From NCBI GenBank assembly GCA_964365025.1, contig CAYIOJ010000001.1:1-40474 (forward strand): 40,474 nucleotides of DNA. The letters run 5' to 3'. Within the stretch, counting starts at the first letter, position 1, and the number at the start of each line of letters is the position of its first letter. Source of the stretch: an uncultured Gammaproteobacteria bacterium. GTDB lineage: Bacteria > Patescibacteriota > Patescibacteriia > Magasanikbacterales > UBA10003. The notes under the pieces are model-generated. The model searched no databases and was not told the origin of the DNA. It saw nothing but the letters and a program-made list of their open reading frames with translations. This document shows, in pieces, positions 8,031 through 17,186 of this stretch. The translations under genes were made by a program, and so were the position numbers.

Positions 8031-9050
8031 ATGAACATTGACATGTCAAGAACCGACGCCGAGATTGCCGCTAAACTTGTGGCAACCAATTACACGGATG
8101 CGTCTTTGATTCATAGAGACATCTTAGGCGCTCTCATGGGCCAACCCGGCGGACCCGAACGATACGGCCGCATTTTCCGGATCATGAACGGACTTGTTGA
8201 TGATCCAGCGCGCCAGGCGGATTATCTGCTCTCGGCTGTCTACGGCTTCCGCAATGGCAGCGGCCTTTGGGACGCCGGAATGGTGCGCGGCCTGATTGAT
8301 ATCGTTTACAGACTTTTGCCTAAGGTGAGTGAAGACGCTCGCGTTGAGCTTCAGCGGCGATGTCTTTATCATTTGGGATTGGTCCAGCGCGAAGTGTACG
8401 TGCCCGACCATTTCCTTCATGCCGCCGAGACCCACGGACGCGCGGCCGCGCTTGCCGTAAACGAGGCAAAGAGGGCAATCGAGCTCGTTGTTGCCGCGGT
8501 GGAACGTTTGCATCACGCGATTGAAATCAATGATGCAAACGCTTTTAACACGCACCTGCTAGTACTTGGCCAGCTGGAGGAGATACTCTCATCTGTGGCC
8601 ACGAGCACCGGCGATGCCGAGGCAATGAAATGGCTCAAGGCGGATATTCCGGCCCACCGTTTCTACGCCTGTTATCTCATGGGCGTGCCATATTCCAAAT
8701 CCGGAACTGATCTCGCTTCGCTCACCGGGCTCACCGAGCCGCTGGCCTCGCAATACGCGGTTTGGATTGACATCTGCGCCGGGCTTAACAGCGTCAGAAT
8801 CACTGTTGCTGATAGCTATTGCTCATGGCAAGATAGAGAAGAAACATTCTCTATTGCCGAAAAGGTGTTGGCACGAAACGGCCATCCGACTCACATGGGC
8901 TTTGGCCTCCTCATCGCGGCTATCGCTCACCGCGACACCGGCCATCGTCAGCTGGCTTGTGAGCTCGCCCGCTTCATCGTGAACTACCCGACCCACGGCG
9001 CTCACTTTGTCCGCACCACCGCCAAATGTCTGTTCCTAGAGAGACGCTAA
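8031..9050 (+). CDS. Hypothetical all-helical (TPR-like) protein B, homologue of 2869-3939
   Basis: 339 aa from ATG 8031 with SD AAGGGGG (8019-8025); the ORF track starts at 7989. GC-rich (36/60 G+C in 8221-8280). Shares ordered motifs with protein A. Confidence 0.85.
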   Translation: MNIDMSRTDAEIAAKLVATNYTDASLIHRDILGALMGQPGGPERYGRIFRIMNGLVDDPARQADYLLSAVYGFRNGSGLWDAGMVRGLIDIVYRLLPKVSEDARVELQRRCLYHLGLVQREVYVPDHFLHAAETHGRAAALAVNEAKRAIELVVAAVERLHHAIEINDANAFNTHLLVLGQLEEILSSVATSTGDAEAMKWLKADIPAHRFYACYLMGVPYSKSGTDLASLTGLTEPLASQYAVWIDICAGLNSVRITVADSYCSWQDREETFSIAEKVLARNGHPTHMGFGLLIAAIAHRDTGHRQLACELARFIVNYPTHGAHFVRTTAKCLFLERR

Positions 9051-9065
9051 CAGCTCTCTTCCGCT

Positions 9066-9104
9066 CCGCACGTCTTCAAACTAACCAGACGTGCGGCTTT
9101 TTTT
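9066..9104 (+). terminator. Intrinsic terminator of gene B
   Basis: CCGCACGTCT-11 nt loop-AGACGTGCGG (perfect 10-bp stem), then C and a 7-T run. Confidence 0.85.
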
Positions 9105-9169
9105 AAAACTTTAACACATTTCTTTGCAACCATGGCCAAATTCCATATTCAACCACAAGTAATTATTTC

Positions 9170-10657
9170 TTACCCGCGCACAATTTCCTTTATCACTAGC
9201 CTTAAAGTCAACCAAGGACCTTTTTTAAACACGAAAGTAAACAACCAAAGAATAAATAAATAAAAAAATGCCAAAAAGATGATCCACGCAGCCAAAAGTG
9301 GTTTGCTAGAAAGAGAATGAATAAAATCTCTAAATAAAAAAACCACTAAAAAAGAGCACAAGCTTGCCGTTACCACGCCAAAAATAGAATAAAAAACCCT
9401 ATCTTCCAATAAACGCAAGAAAGATCTGGCCTGAATTAAAACATATATCAACAAAATTGCGGCGATTAAAACCGCCGAGGCGGCTATGCCATTCACACCG
9501 GCTATTTTTATTCCCAAAAAATAAATAGGTACGGAAATCAACAATTGAAATAAATTTGATTTAAAATTTAAATCAGGACGCCCAATCGCTCCAAAAATCG
9601 GTCGAATCATTCCTGTTAACCCAAAAAAAACACCATAAACAGACAAAATTTTTAATGGCACAACTATCGGTAGCCATTTTTGTCCGAACAGAACAGAGAC
9701 TATAAAACCGCCTTCCACCAAAAGCAGCAGACTAAACGGTATTGTCGACAGAAGTATAAGATCCAAACTTTTTAAAAACCCCTCCTGTATTTTATCCCGC
9801 TTATCCTGAACTTTGGCATAAGCGGAAAATCCTATTTTATTCAAAATCCCCGTCAGATTGGCCGAAAACATAGAAGGCAAATCTCTGGCGCGCGTGTAAT
9901 ATCCAAGATTGGTCGGTCCCAGCCACCTTCCAACAATCATGCTGTCTATCGCACCTAAAAAATACTCAAGCAAATTCTGGCCGTAAACCCATTTAGAATA
10001 CCCCACCAACCCTAAAAGATCGCGAAATCGAAAAGAAAAACGCGGCGCAGTAGGATACAAGACATAGGTAGAGACAGCGCCGACAATATGACGGGATACT
10101 TGCCCTATAAAAAGAGCCCAAACCGTAGAGCTGACAAAAATAGCCCAGGCAACAGAAACGATCGTATTGGCAATCTGACCGGCTAGGTCTCTAAAAAAAA
10201 TTTTTTTATAATCCAAGTCTCTAAAAAAATAAAGTTGTCGGCTGTTTGAAAAAGATCCAATAACAAAAAAAATGCCGCTCATTTTTATCAAGATTTTATA
10301 ACTTTCTTCAATTTTAAAAATTTCCGCAATTACTCCGCCCAACAAAAAAATTATAACGGCGAGCAGTGTGGCGCGCAATAAATCAAAAGTCCAAACAGTA
10401 TCAATCATTTTTTCAGGGCTCTCTTTCCTTTGTATCAAAGCGATGCTGAATCCTGGCGCCGCGAATCTATCTATTACACCGCTAAACAGCAAAGCCACGG
10501 TCAAGATACCATAATCTTTAGGCGACAAAAGACGAACTAATACAAAAAAAGAAACTAGATTGAGCAATTTTTGGGCGACCACGCTAATCATAAACCACTT
10601 ACCGCTCCGGATTGATTTTTGAAGCGATCCTTCATTTGTGTTTACTCCGTCTGTCAT
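9170..10657 (-). CDS. wzx: Wzx-type polysaccharide flippase (WzxC/PST family)
   Basis: 495 aa multi-TM; LVRLLSPKDYG, ALIQR, GRWLGPTNLGYY, LFGQKW motifs. Confidence 0.9.
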   Translation of the reverse strand: MTDGVNTNEGSLQKSIRSGKWFMISVVAQKLLNLVSFFVLVRLLSPKDYGILTVALLFSGVIDRFAAPGFSIALIQRKESPEKMIDTVWTFDLLRATLLAVIIFLLGGVIAEIFKIEESYKILIKMSGIFFVIGSFSNSRQLYFFRDLDYKKIFFRDLAGQIANTIVSVAWAIFVSSTVWALFIGQVSRHIVGAVSTYVLYPTAPRFSFRFRDLLGLVGYSKWVYGQNLLEYFLGAIDSMIVGRWLGPTNLGYYTRARDLPSMFSANLTGILNKIGFSAYAKVQDKRDKIQEGFLKSLDLILLSTIPFSLLLLVEGGFIVSVLFGQKWLPIVVPLKILSVYGVFFGLTGMIRPIFGAIGRPDLNFKSNLFQLLISVPIYFLGIKIAGVNGIAASAVLIAAILLIYVLIQARSFLRLLEDRVFYSIFGVVTASLCSFLVVFLFRDFIHSLSSKPLLAAWIIFLAFFYLFILWLFTFVFKKGPWLTLRLVIKEIVRG

Positions 10658-10682
10658 AAGCTAAATAAAAATTTGTCGTAAA

Positions 10683-11744
10683 TTAATTAAAATGGTGAAA
10701 TGTCGTCAAAAACCGTTGTTCTTCCTTATTAAGAACCGTCTTAATTTGGGACAATGCAAGAACCCGCTTGCCTTCCGTGCTATAATCCATTACTCGGCTT
10801 CTTTTTGCTCCCGGATAAATTTTGTCTATATTATGTCCGTTTTGAAACCGACCGATAACTGGCACGATGATAAACATATCCTTCGTTTCCAAAGCAAACA
10901 TGGATTCATCTTTAGTTAACAATTTTTCGTGAATACGTTCACCTGATTTTTTACCCACCACCTCAATTTTAACTTTCTTCGGATCAAAGCCAAAGTGCGG
11001 CGCATAAAGCTCTATCATGGCTTTGGCTAAATCAATAATCTTTAAAATTGGCATTTTAAAAATAAAGATCTCTCGCTCTTTCATCATCCCGGCAGCTTTC
11101 AACACCAAACCGACCGCCTCATCTTTTGACATAAAAAATCTCTCCATTTTTGTATCGGTCACCGTAACTGGACCGCCTCTCATTATTTGTTTGTAAAAAA
11201 GAGGTAAAACCGAACCCCTGGTATTTAAAACATTGCCAAAACGCACAAAACAAAATTTAGTCTGCTTTTTACCCTGATAATTATGAGAGGCCAACATAAT
11301 CTTTTCCGCCAAAAGTTTGGTGCATCCCATAACACTCACCGGATCAGTGGCCTTATCGGTAGAGATGCCAATTACTTTAGAAACGTTATTAGCCAAAGCG
11401 ACGTTTATAATATTTTGAGTGCCGATGACGTTGGTTTTGACCGCCTCAAACGGATCATTTTCACAAAATAAAACATGTTTCATGGCGGCGGCATGAAAAA
11501 CAATATCCACATCTTCCATGGCCATGTTTACCCGGTCATAATCCCGAATATCGCCTATTAAAAATCTTACTTTCTCGCTCTTTTTTCTCAATTCAAGCAT
11601 CAAATCGTGCTGTTTACTCTCATCGCGACTTAAAACACGCAAACTCCGCGGTTTAAGTTCTAACAACTTCTTCACCAATTCTGAACCAATAGAGCCTGTT
11701 CCGCCAGTCACCAATATCTTTTTGTTCTTAAATTCATTTTGCAT
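10683..11744 (-). CDS. UDP-GlcNAc 4,6-dehydratase family (Polysacc_synt_2; CapD/PglF/PseB-like)
   Basis: TGGTGSIG, SRDESKQ, HAAAMKHV, STDKA, SVMGCTK, VRFGNV, MERFFM motifs. Confidence 0.92.
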   Translation of the reverse strand: MQNEFKNKKILVTGGTGSIGSELVKKLLELKPRSLRVLSRDESKQHDLMLELRKKSEKVRFLIGDIRDYDRVNMAMEDVDIVFHAAAMKHVLFCENDPFEAVKTNVIGTQNIINVALANNVSKVIGISTDKATDPVSVMGCTKLLAEKIMLASHNYQGKKQTKFCFVRFGNVLNTRGSVLPLFYKQIMRGGPVTVTDTKMERFFMSKDEAVGLVLKAAGMMKEREIFIFKMPILKIIDLAKAMIELYAPHFGFDPKKVKIEVVGKKSGERIHEKLLTKDESMFALETKDMFIIVPVIGRFQNGHNIDKIYPGAKRSRVMDYSTEGKRVLALSQIKTVLNKEEQRFLTTFHHFN

Positions 11745-12858
11745 AATTTTTTAAGATATTAACTAATTTGTCACAAATATATTTTATCTCTTCTTTTTTT
11801 AAGCCAACATAAATTGGTAACGCCAAAGATACTTTACTAATTTCCTCGCTTACTGGATAATCCCCCAGTTTAAAACCGAATTTTTTTCTATAAAACTTAA
11901 ACAGATGAATAGACGGCAAATACGATTTGGAACTGATGCCTTTTTTAACCAATATTTTTATTACTTTATCACGGTTAATCCTATTATTTACAAACCTAAC
12001 CACGTAGACAAACCACGTGTGGGTGTTGCCCAACGCGATCTTTGGCGTTACTATTATGTCGCTATGCTTTTTGAGAAATTCGCCATACCAACCGGCCACC
12101 TGCCGCCGCTGGGATATCATAAGATCCAACTTTTTTAACTGGGTTAAACCCAAAGCGGCGCTCATTTCATCCAACCGGTAATTATAACCGAGATATTGGT
12201 GGTCAAGCCACTGCATGTTATCGCCCCGACCCTGATTGGCCAAACTTTTACACATTTTATATACTCTCTCGCTATTGGTGGTTATCATGCCTCCCTCACC
12301 CGTTGTCATCTGTTTGTTGGGATAAAAAGCAAACACGGCTGACCGGCCAAATGTGCCGACTTTTTTGCCCTTATATTCAGCCATGACACTCTCGCAGGCA
12401 TCTTCAATTATTTTAAGTTTATGTTTCTTGGCAATCTTTAAAATCGGATTCATGTCGGCCGATTGACCAAAAATATGAACGACCAGAATAGCTTTAGTTT
12501 TTTTGGTAATCCTGTCTTCAATCTTTTTTGGGTCGATATTGCCGGTCTGGAAATCCACATCCGCAAAAACCGGTTTCGCTCCAACATATAAAATACAATT
12601 GGCCGAGGCCACAAAAGAAAACGGACTGGTGATTACTTCGTCGCCCGGCCCAATACCGGCGGCCAGCATTGCCAAATGCAACCCGGCGGTGCCGCTGTTT
12701 ACCGCTATGGCGTATTTTGTGCCGATTGTTTTGGCAAAAAGTTTTTCAAATTCTAAATGTTTTGGCCCTAAACTAAGCTGCCCTGATTTTAAAACCGCCA
12801 TGACCACATTTATATCTTCTTTGGTAATGTAAGGTTTAGAAATGGAAATTTTTTTCAT
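11734..12858 (-). CDS. DegT/DnrJ/EryC1/StrS sugar aminotransferase
   Basis: NSGTAGLH, GPGDEVI, IEDACE, FAFYPNKQMTTGEGG (PLP Lys), GYNYRL. Confidence 0.95.
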   Translation of the reverse strand: MKKISISKPYITKEDINVVMAVLKSGQLSLGPKHLEFEKLFAKTIGTKYAIAVNSGTAGLHLAMLAAGIGPGDEVITSPFSFVASANCILYVGAKPVFADVDFQTGNIDPKKIEDRITKKTKAILVVHIFGQSADMNPILKIAKKHKLKIIEDACESVMAEYKGKKVGTFGRSAVFAFYPNKQMTTGEGGMITTNSERVYKMCKSLANQGRGDNMQWLDHQYLGYNYRLDEMSAALGLTQLKKLDLMISQRRQVAGWYGEFLKKHSDIIVTPKIALGNTHTWFVYVVRFVNNRINRDKVIKILVKKGISSKSYLPSIHLFKFYRKKFGFKLGDYPVSEEISKVSLALPIYVGLKKEEIKYICDKLVNILKNYAK

Positions 12859-13253
12859 AATGTTTTTTTAACCAATTTTGCTGGTATTCCTAGAGCCATA
12901 GAATTGGCCGGGATGTCGCTGGTCACAAAAGCAAACGCGCCCACCACGGCGTTTTCTCCCACTGTAATTCCAGGCATAATCACTGAGTGTGATCCAATTT
13001 TACAATTTTTCTTCAAGACAACCTTTCCACCTTTCCCATCTATTGTAGAAACGGAATATATGGAACAATGCGAACCAATTTGCACGCCATCCTCTACCAC
13101 TACGCCATTTTGGGCGTTGATGTAAGTAAAAGCCCCGATGTCGGTTTTTTTTCCCAACTTTAATTTATTCTTATTCTGCACCACCCAATTCCATTTGGTC
13201 AATTTTCCTTCCTTAATAATCGGGGACTGCCATTTATCAAATCTTTTTTTCAT
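12855..13253 (-). CDS. Hexapeptide-repeat (LbH) acyltransferase
   Basis: IGAFTYI, IGSHCSI, IGSHSVIMPGITVGENAVVGA, GIPAK repeats. ATG 13253 preferred over TTG 13268. Confidence 0.88.
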   Translation of the reverse strand: MKKRFDKWQSPIIKEGKLTKWNWVVQNKNKLKLGKKTDIGAFTYINAQNGVVVEDGVQIGSHCSIYSVSTIDGKGGKVVLKKNCKIGSHSVIMPGITVGENAVVGAFAFVTSDIPANSMALGIPAKLVKKTL

Positions 13254-13277
13254 ATAAAATTTATTCAAAAAAATTAT

Positions 13278-14399
13278 TTATTTCAATCTTTTTAAAACTT
13301 CCACAATTTTTTCGGCGGCCTGACCGTCTCCCCAAGGATTCTTTATTTTTTTAATTTTGGCAATGAAAACTTTATTCAAAAGACATTTTTTCATAGCGCG
13401 GACAATTTCTTTTTTATTATAATCGACATCTAACACATTGGCCCCATGCGGCCGACCAAATTGTCTTTTTCCAATGTTCACAACCGGCGTTCCGAAAGAG
13501 GCTGACTCTATAATGCCCGCGCTACTATTGCCCACCCAAACCGCGGCCTCTTTTTCCAAAGAAAGAAAATCTTTGTATGGCAAACTTTTAAATATCCTAA
13601 AAAATAAATTTTTTCTTTCTTTGGCTATTTCTTTTATTATCGCTGTCGATCCGGGATCGGCATTGGGATATATTATTACTATTGGAATTCTAAATGTTTT
13701 GGCAGCTGCGATAGTCTGTCTGACCTGATGAGCGGAATGGCCAATGGCCTCGCTAACAGGATGTTGTGTTATTAAAATAACTTTTTTTGCTGGATTTAAA
13801 CCGAGTTTGGCAAAAAATTTTTTTCGACCGACCAGTCGCGTCTTTTTAATTATGTCTATAGCCGGTGCGCCGGTTACAAATATTTGTTTTTTATCTATAC
13901 CCGCCTTTTTAAGACGCCGCGCCGAATCGTCAGTGGCCGCAAAATGTATCTGAGACAATTTGGTAATAACATACCTTCTCTCATCATCAAGCGTGGTAGT
14001 CTTATCGCCACCGTGGATGTGGGCAATCGGCACACCGAGATGGCGGGCGGCGATAGCCGCGCACAACATTTCCATCCGATCACCTAAAACCAAAACCAAA
14101 TCCGGTTTGTACATAAAAAATTTTTTTTCAAGCAGGGGTATCAATTTTTTTTTAAAAAATTCCAAACTTTTCTTGCTGTCTGAATCAAAAACAGCGCTCA
14201 CACGAACAGCGTTAGAAAATTCTTTTTTTACTTCTCTGGCAGTGAGGCCGAATTTGGGCATAAGATGCATACCGGTGACGAAAACTTTGAGATTAAAAGA
14301 GCGGTCTTTTTGTATGGCTTTCAAAACCGGCGTCATCAGGCCAAAATCAGCCCGCGTGCCGGTAAGATAAGCTATCTTTTTAATTTTTTTATTTTTCAT
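13278..14399 (-). CDS. neuC: Hydrolysing UDP-N-acetylhexosamine 2-epimerase (NeuC/LegG type)
   Basis: TGTRADFG, VTGMHL, LGDRME, HIHGGD, TQHPV, YPNAD, VGNSSAGIIE, NPWGDG. Confidence 0.93.
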   Translation of the reverse strand: MKNKKIKKIAYLTGTRADFGLMTPVLKAIQKDRSFNLKVFVTGMHLMPKFGLTAREVKKEFSNAVRVSAVFDSDSKKSLEFFKKKLIPLLEKKFFMYKPDLVLVLGDRMEMLCAAIAARHLGVPIAHIHGGDKTTTLDDERRYVITKLSQIHFAATDDSARRLKKAGIDKKQIFVTGAPAIDIIKKTRLVGRKKFFAKLGLNPAKKVILITQHPVSEAIGHSAHQVRQTIAAAKTFRIPIVIIYPNADPGSTAIIKEIAKERKNLFFRIFKSLPYKDFLSLEKEAAVWVGNSSAGIIESASFGTPVVNIGKRQFGRPHGANVLDVDYNKKEIVRAMKKCLLNKVFIAKIKKIKNPWGDGQAAEKIVEVLKRLK

Positions 14400-15447
14400 A
14401 ATCCCCAATTTTAATCATCGCGCTAGACAATAAATTCTTTTTAGCTTTTTGGCCAATAATTAAACTGAATAATTTCGGAGACAAACCGTTCCCGGGTCTT
14501 TTAATGCCTATATTTTCTCTAGTAAATTTTTCTCCTTTCTTAATATTCTTAATCGTCACCAAACTTTTTCTGGCAATTTTAATCAACGGAACTTCGCTTT
14601 TGTTCGGTTCTTTAATTGCGCTGCCAAGAACAATTTTTACTTTTCTTACATTTTCTATAATTTTCTTTAATTCCGCCGGTTCGGCCGAAGCTACCTGATC
14701 CGGACCGGCCATGTTTTTGTCCAATGTAAAATGTTTTTCCAAAACACAGGCGCCTAAAGTAGCCGCCATAATCGGTACTTGTGTCCCAAGGGTGTGGTCC
14801 GAATAACCAACCAAAACGCCCAACTTCTTCATCATCATAACCATCGCGGACAAATTAACCTCATCAAACGGACAAGGATAATTAGTGGTGCAGTGCAGAA
14901 TAATTATTTTTTCATTACCGGCCTTTTTTATGCAGGCAACGGCCTCCTTGACTTCTTTCATAGTTGCCATCCCGGTGCCGAGAATCATCGTTTTTTGTAA
15001 TCTGGCGGCATATTGCAAAACCGGCAAATTAGTTAGGTCGCCGGAACCAAATTTAAATGCCGGCACACCGAGTTTTTGTAAAAAATCCACGGATTCAAAC
15101 CCACCGTGCGGTGTGGATAAAAATATTATGCCTTTTTCTTTACACCTTTTGATGATAGGCTTATAAAATTTTTCTTTGAGTTCTAGCTTTTTAAGCATGG
15201 CCAGTTGACTTTCTTCTTTACCTAAATTCTTTTTCTGGTAAGCAGCCATTTTACCGGTTTCAATAACCACCTGCCCGGCTTTAAAGGTTTGAAATTTCAC
15301 CGCGTCAGCTCCGGCCGCGACGGCAGCATCCACCAGCTTGAGCGCTAAATCCAGTCGACCATTATGATTCACTCCCGCTTCGGCAATTATAAAAACCGGC
15401 TGATTTTTGCCAATAAATTTACTGCCAATTTTAATTTTTTTTATCAT
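14389..15447 (-). CDS. neuB: Nonulosonic acid synthase (NeuB/LegI type)
   Basis: IIAEAGVNHNG, AVKFQTF, LHCTTNYP, GYSDHT, EKHFTLD and a C-terminal SAF domain (KRPGNG). Confidence 0.95.
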   Translation of the reverse strand: MIKKIKIGSKFIGKNQPVFIIAEAGVNHNGRLDLALKLVDAAVAAGADAVKFQTFKAGQVVIETGKMAAYQKKNLGKEESQLAMLKKLELKEKFYKPIIKRCKEKGIIFLSTPHGGFESVDFLQKLGVPAFKFGSGDLTNLPVLQYAARLQKTMILGTGMATMKEVKEAVACIKKAGNEKIIILHCTTNYPCPFDEVNLSAMVMMMKKLGVLVGYSDHTLGTQVPIMAATLGACVLEKHFTLDKNMAGPDQVASAEPAELKKIIENVRKVKIVLGSAIKEPNKSEVPLIKIARKSLVTIKNIKKGEKFTRENIGIKRPGNGLSPKLFSLIIGQKAKKNLLSSAMIKIGDYEK

Positions 15448-16459
15448 AATCACTTTTTAAAGAAACAGCCTTTCCTGTTTTGCTGCTTTTTTCCAAAGCA
15501 TACAATGTCTTCAAAAGATGGCGGCTATCAACAAAAGCGTGAGGAAACTTTTTCTTACCCTTAATCGCGTCCAAAAAGGCTCTGATTTCATCATTGTACA
15601 TCTCCTCTTCGTTAACATAACCCTTTTCCGGATGACCTTGAGGAACAATGATATTTTCCGATTTTCCTGATTTGGCGTCATATATTTTTATAATTGAATC
15701 AAATCGCTCCCACTCCAAAACCCCGTCCAAACCCAAAATACGCAAAGTTCTAAACGGTTTTCTGGAAATCACATCAACGATCACATTACCCCTAACCCCA
15801 TTCTCATATTTTAAATTGGCCAAAATTATATCATCGGCGTCCATATCTAAATCGGAAATTTTACCAATAAACCCGGAAATTGCCGCCACCTTGGATTTCA
15901 TCAACCAGCTAAGCCAAATCAGTTCAAAAGGCAGCATTTCCCGGCAGGCACCGGTTTCTTTTTGGGAAAAATATACCTGGCGATAATCCTCCCAAGAATG
16001 CCAATCCGGCAAATACTGACCCATATGATATTGAAACGTCAAAATTTTACCGATTCTTCCACTGTCTAAAATTTCTTTTATCATTTTAACCGGTTTATAG
16101 AAACGCAATGTGCAGGACGGCGCTTTTACTAATTTTGAATTTTTATTTTTTAAAATGTCTTCGTAGCCATCATCGCTCGTAGGGTGTTCAACAAAAAAAT
16201 GTTTTTTTTGTTTTAAGGCCATTCGAATATAATCGCCGTGCTGGTCAGGCGGAGTGGAAATTATAACCACGTCGTAATCTTTTTCTGATAATTCATTCAA
16301 ATTGACGACCGTTTTGATTCCATATTTTTCTTTAGCTTCTTTAATTCTGTCTTTGCGAATATCATACCCCACAATCTGCCGCTGGCCATTGACAAAAAGA
16401 TTACGGATGCGCCTTTTGCCCATTGACCCTAATCCTACTATTAAAAATTTTAAATTCAT
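15431..16459 (-). CDS. Gfo/Idh/MocA family oxidoreductase
   Basis: IVGLGSMG, STPPDQH, FVEHP (EKP variant), GQYLPDWH. ATG 16459 overlaps the neuA stop (ATGA). Confidence 0.88.
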   Translation of the reverse strand: MNLKFLIVGLGSMGKRRIRNLFVNGQRQIVGYDIRKDRIKEAKEKYGIKTVVNLNELSEKDYDVVIISTPPDQHGDYIRMALKQKKHFFVEHPTSDDGYEDILKNKNSKLVKAPSCTLRFYKPVKMIKEILDSGRIGKILTFQYHMGQYLPDWHSWEDYRQVYFSQKETGACREMLPFELIWLSWLMKSKVAAISGFIGKISDLDMDADDIILANLKYENGVRGNVIVDVISRKPFRTLRILGLDGVLEWERFDSIIKIYDAKSGKSENIIVPQGHPEKGYVNEEEMYNDEIRAFLDAIKGKKKFPHAFVDSRHLLKTLYALEKSSKTGKAVSLKSDYDKKN

Positions 16460-17181
16460 ATCTTTTTTATGCAAGATTCAATTATCTTTTTATTTTTGAA
16501 TAAAATTTCAGCCATTGCCCATTCTTCGGGAGTGTCTAAATCAATTGAACGCCACTTCGGACAAACCACTGCCTTAGTTTTTTTGGTAATAATAATTCTT
16601 TCGCGGAGCAAGGCGGTTGTTTTTACGATATAAACAAAACAGCCATTTAAAATGTACCCTTTGAGCCATTCCTGCATGTTAGTGGACATTTTTTCTGACC
16701 CACTTACCAAAATAATATTATCCTTTTTATCTAAATAATAAAGTCGCGGGTGTGTTTCGCACACAGTCAAGACGGTGGTGGCTCCGCCTTTTTTCATCTT
16801 CTTCCAACAATTTTCAATGTCTTTTATTTCTCTAAGCGGCGAAGTAGTCTGCAATAAAACTATAAAATCTGGCTGATAATTTTCTTGTTTTTTTAATCTC
16901 CCCAACAAATAAATTATACTATCAACAACTTTGGATTTGTCTTGAGCCAATTCTGCGGGACGTAAAAAAGGAACTTCCGCGCCATATTTTTTTGCTAGAG
17001 CGGCGATCTTTGGAGAATCCGTGTCCACGATAATACGATTGGCAAAATTTATTTTTTTAGCCTGTTCAATGGTCCGCGCCAAAAGCGATTTTCCGCAAAA
17101 ATCGCGAATATTTTTATTCGGTATTCTTTTTGACCCGGCCCGAGCCGGAATTATTACTAACACTTTTTCTTTTTTTAACAT
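16456..17181 (-). CDS. neuA: Acylneuraminate cytidylyltransferase (CMP-nonulosonate synthetase)
   Basis: IPARAGSKRIPNKN, VPFLRPAELAQD, LQTTSPLR, SIDLDT. Confidence 0.95.
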   Translation of the reverse strand: MLKKEKVLVIIPARAGSKRIPNKNIRDFCGKSLLARTIEQAKKINFANRIIVDTDSPKIAALAKKYGAEVPFLRPAELAQDKSKVVDSIIYLLGRLKKQENYQPDFIVLLQTTSPLREIKDIENCWKKMKKGGATTVLTVCETHPRLYYLDKKDNIILVSGSEKMSTNMQEWLKGYILNGCFVYIVKTTALLRERIIITKKTKAVVCPKWRSIDLDTPEEWAMAEILFKNKKIIESCIKKI

Positions 17182-17186
17182 ATCGT

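Noticed and set aside
2678-9110. Integron cassette array explanation for the GC-rich genes
   Set aside because: No paired RYYYAAC..GTTRRRY attC ends (GCTTAAC at 4020-4026 has no partner) and no intI. The genes have their own promoters and are not contiguous.
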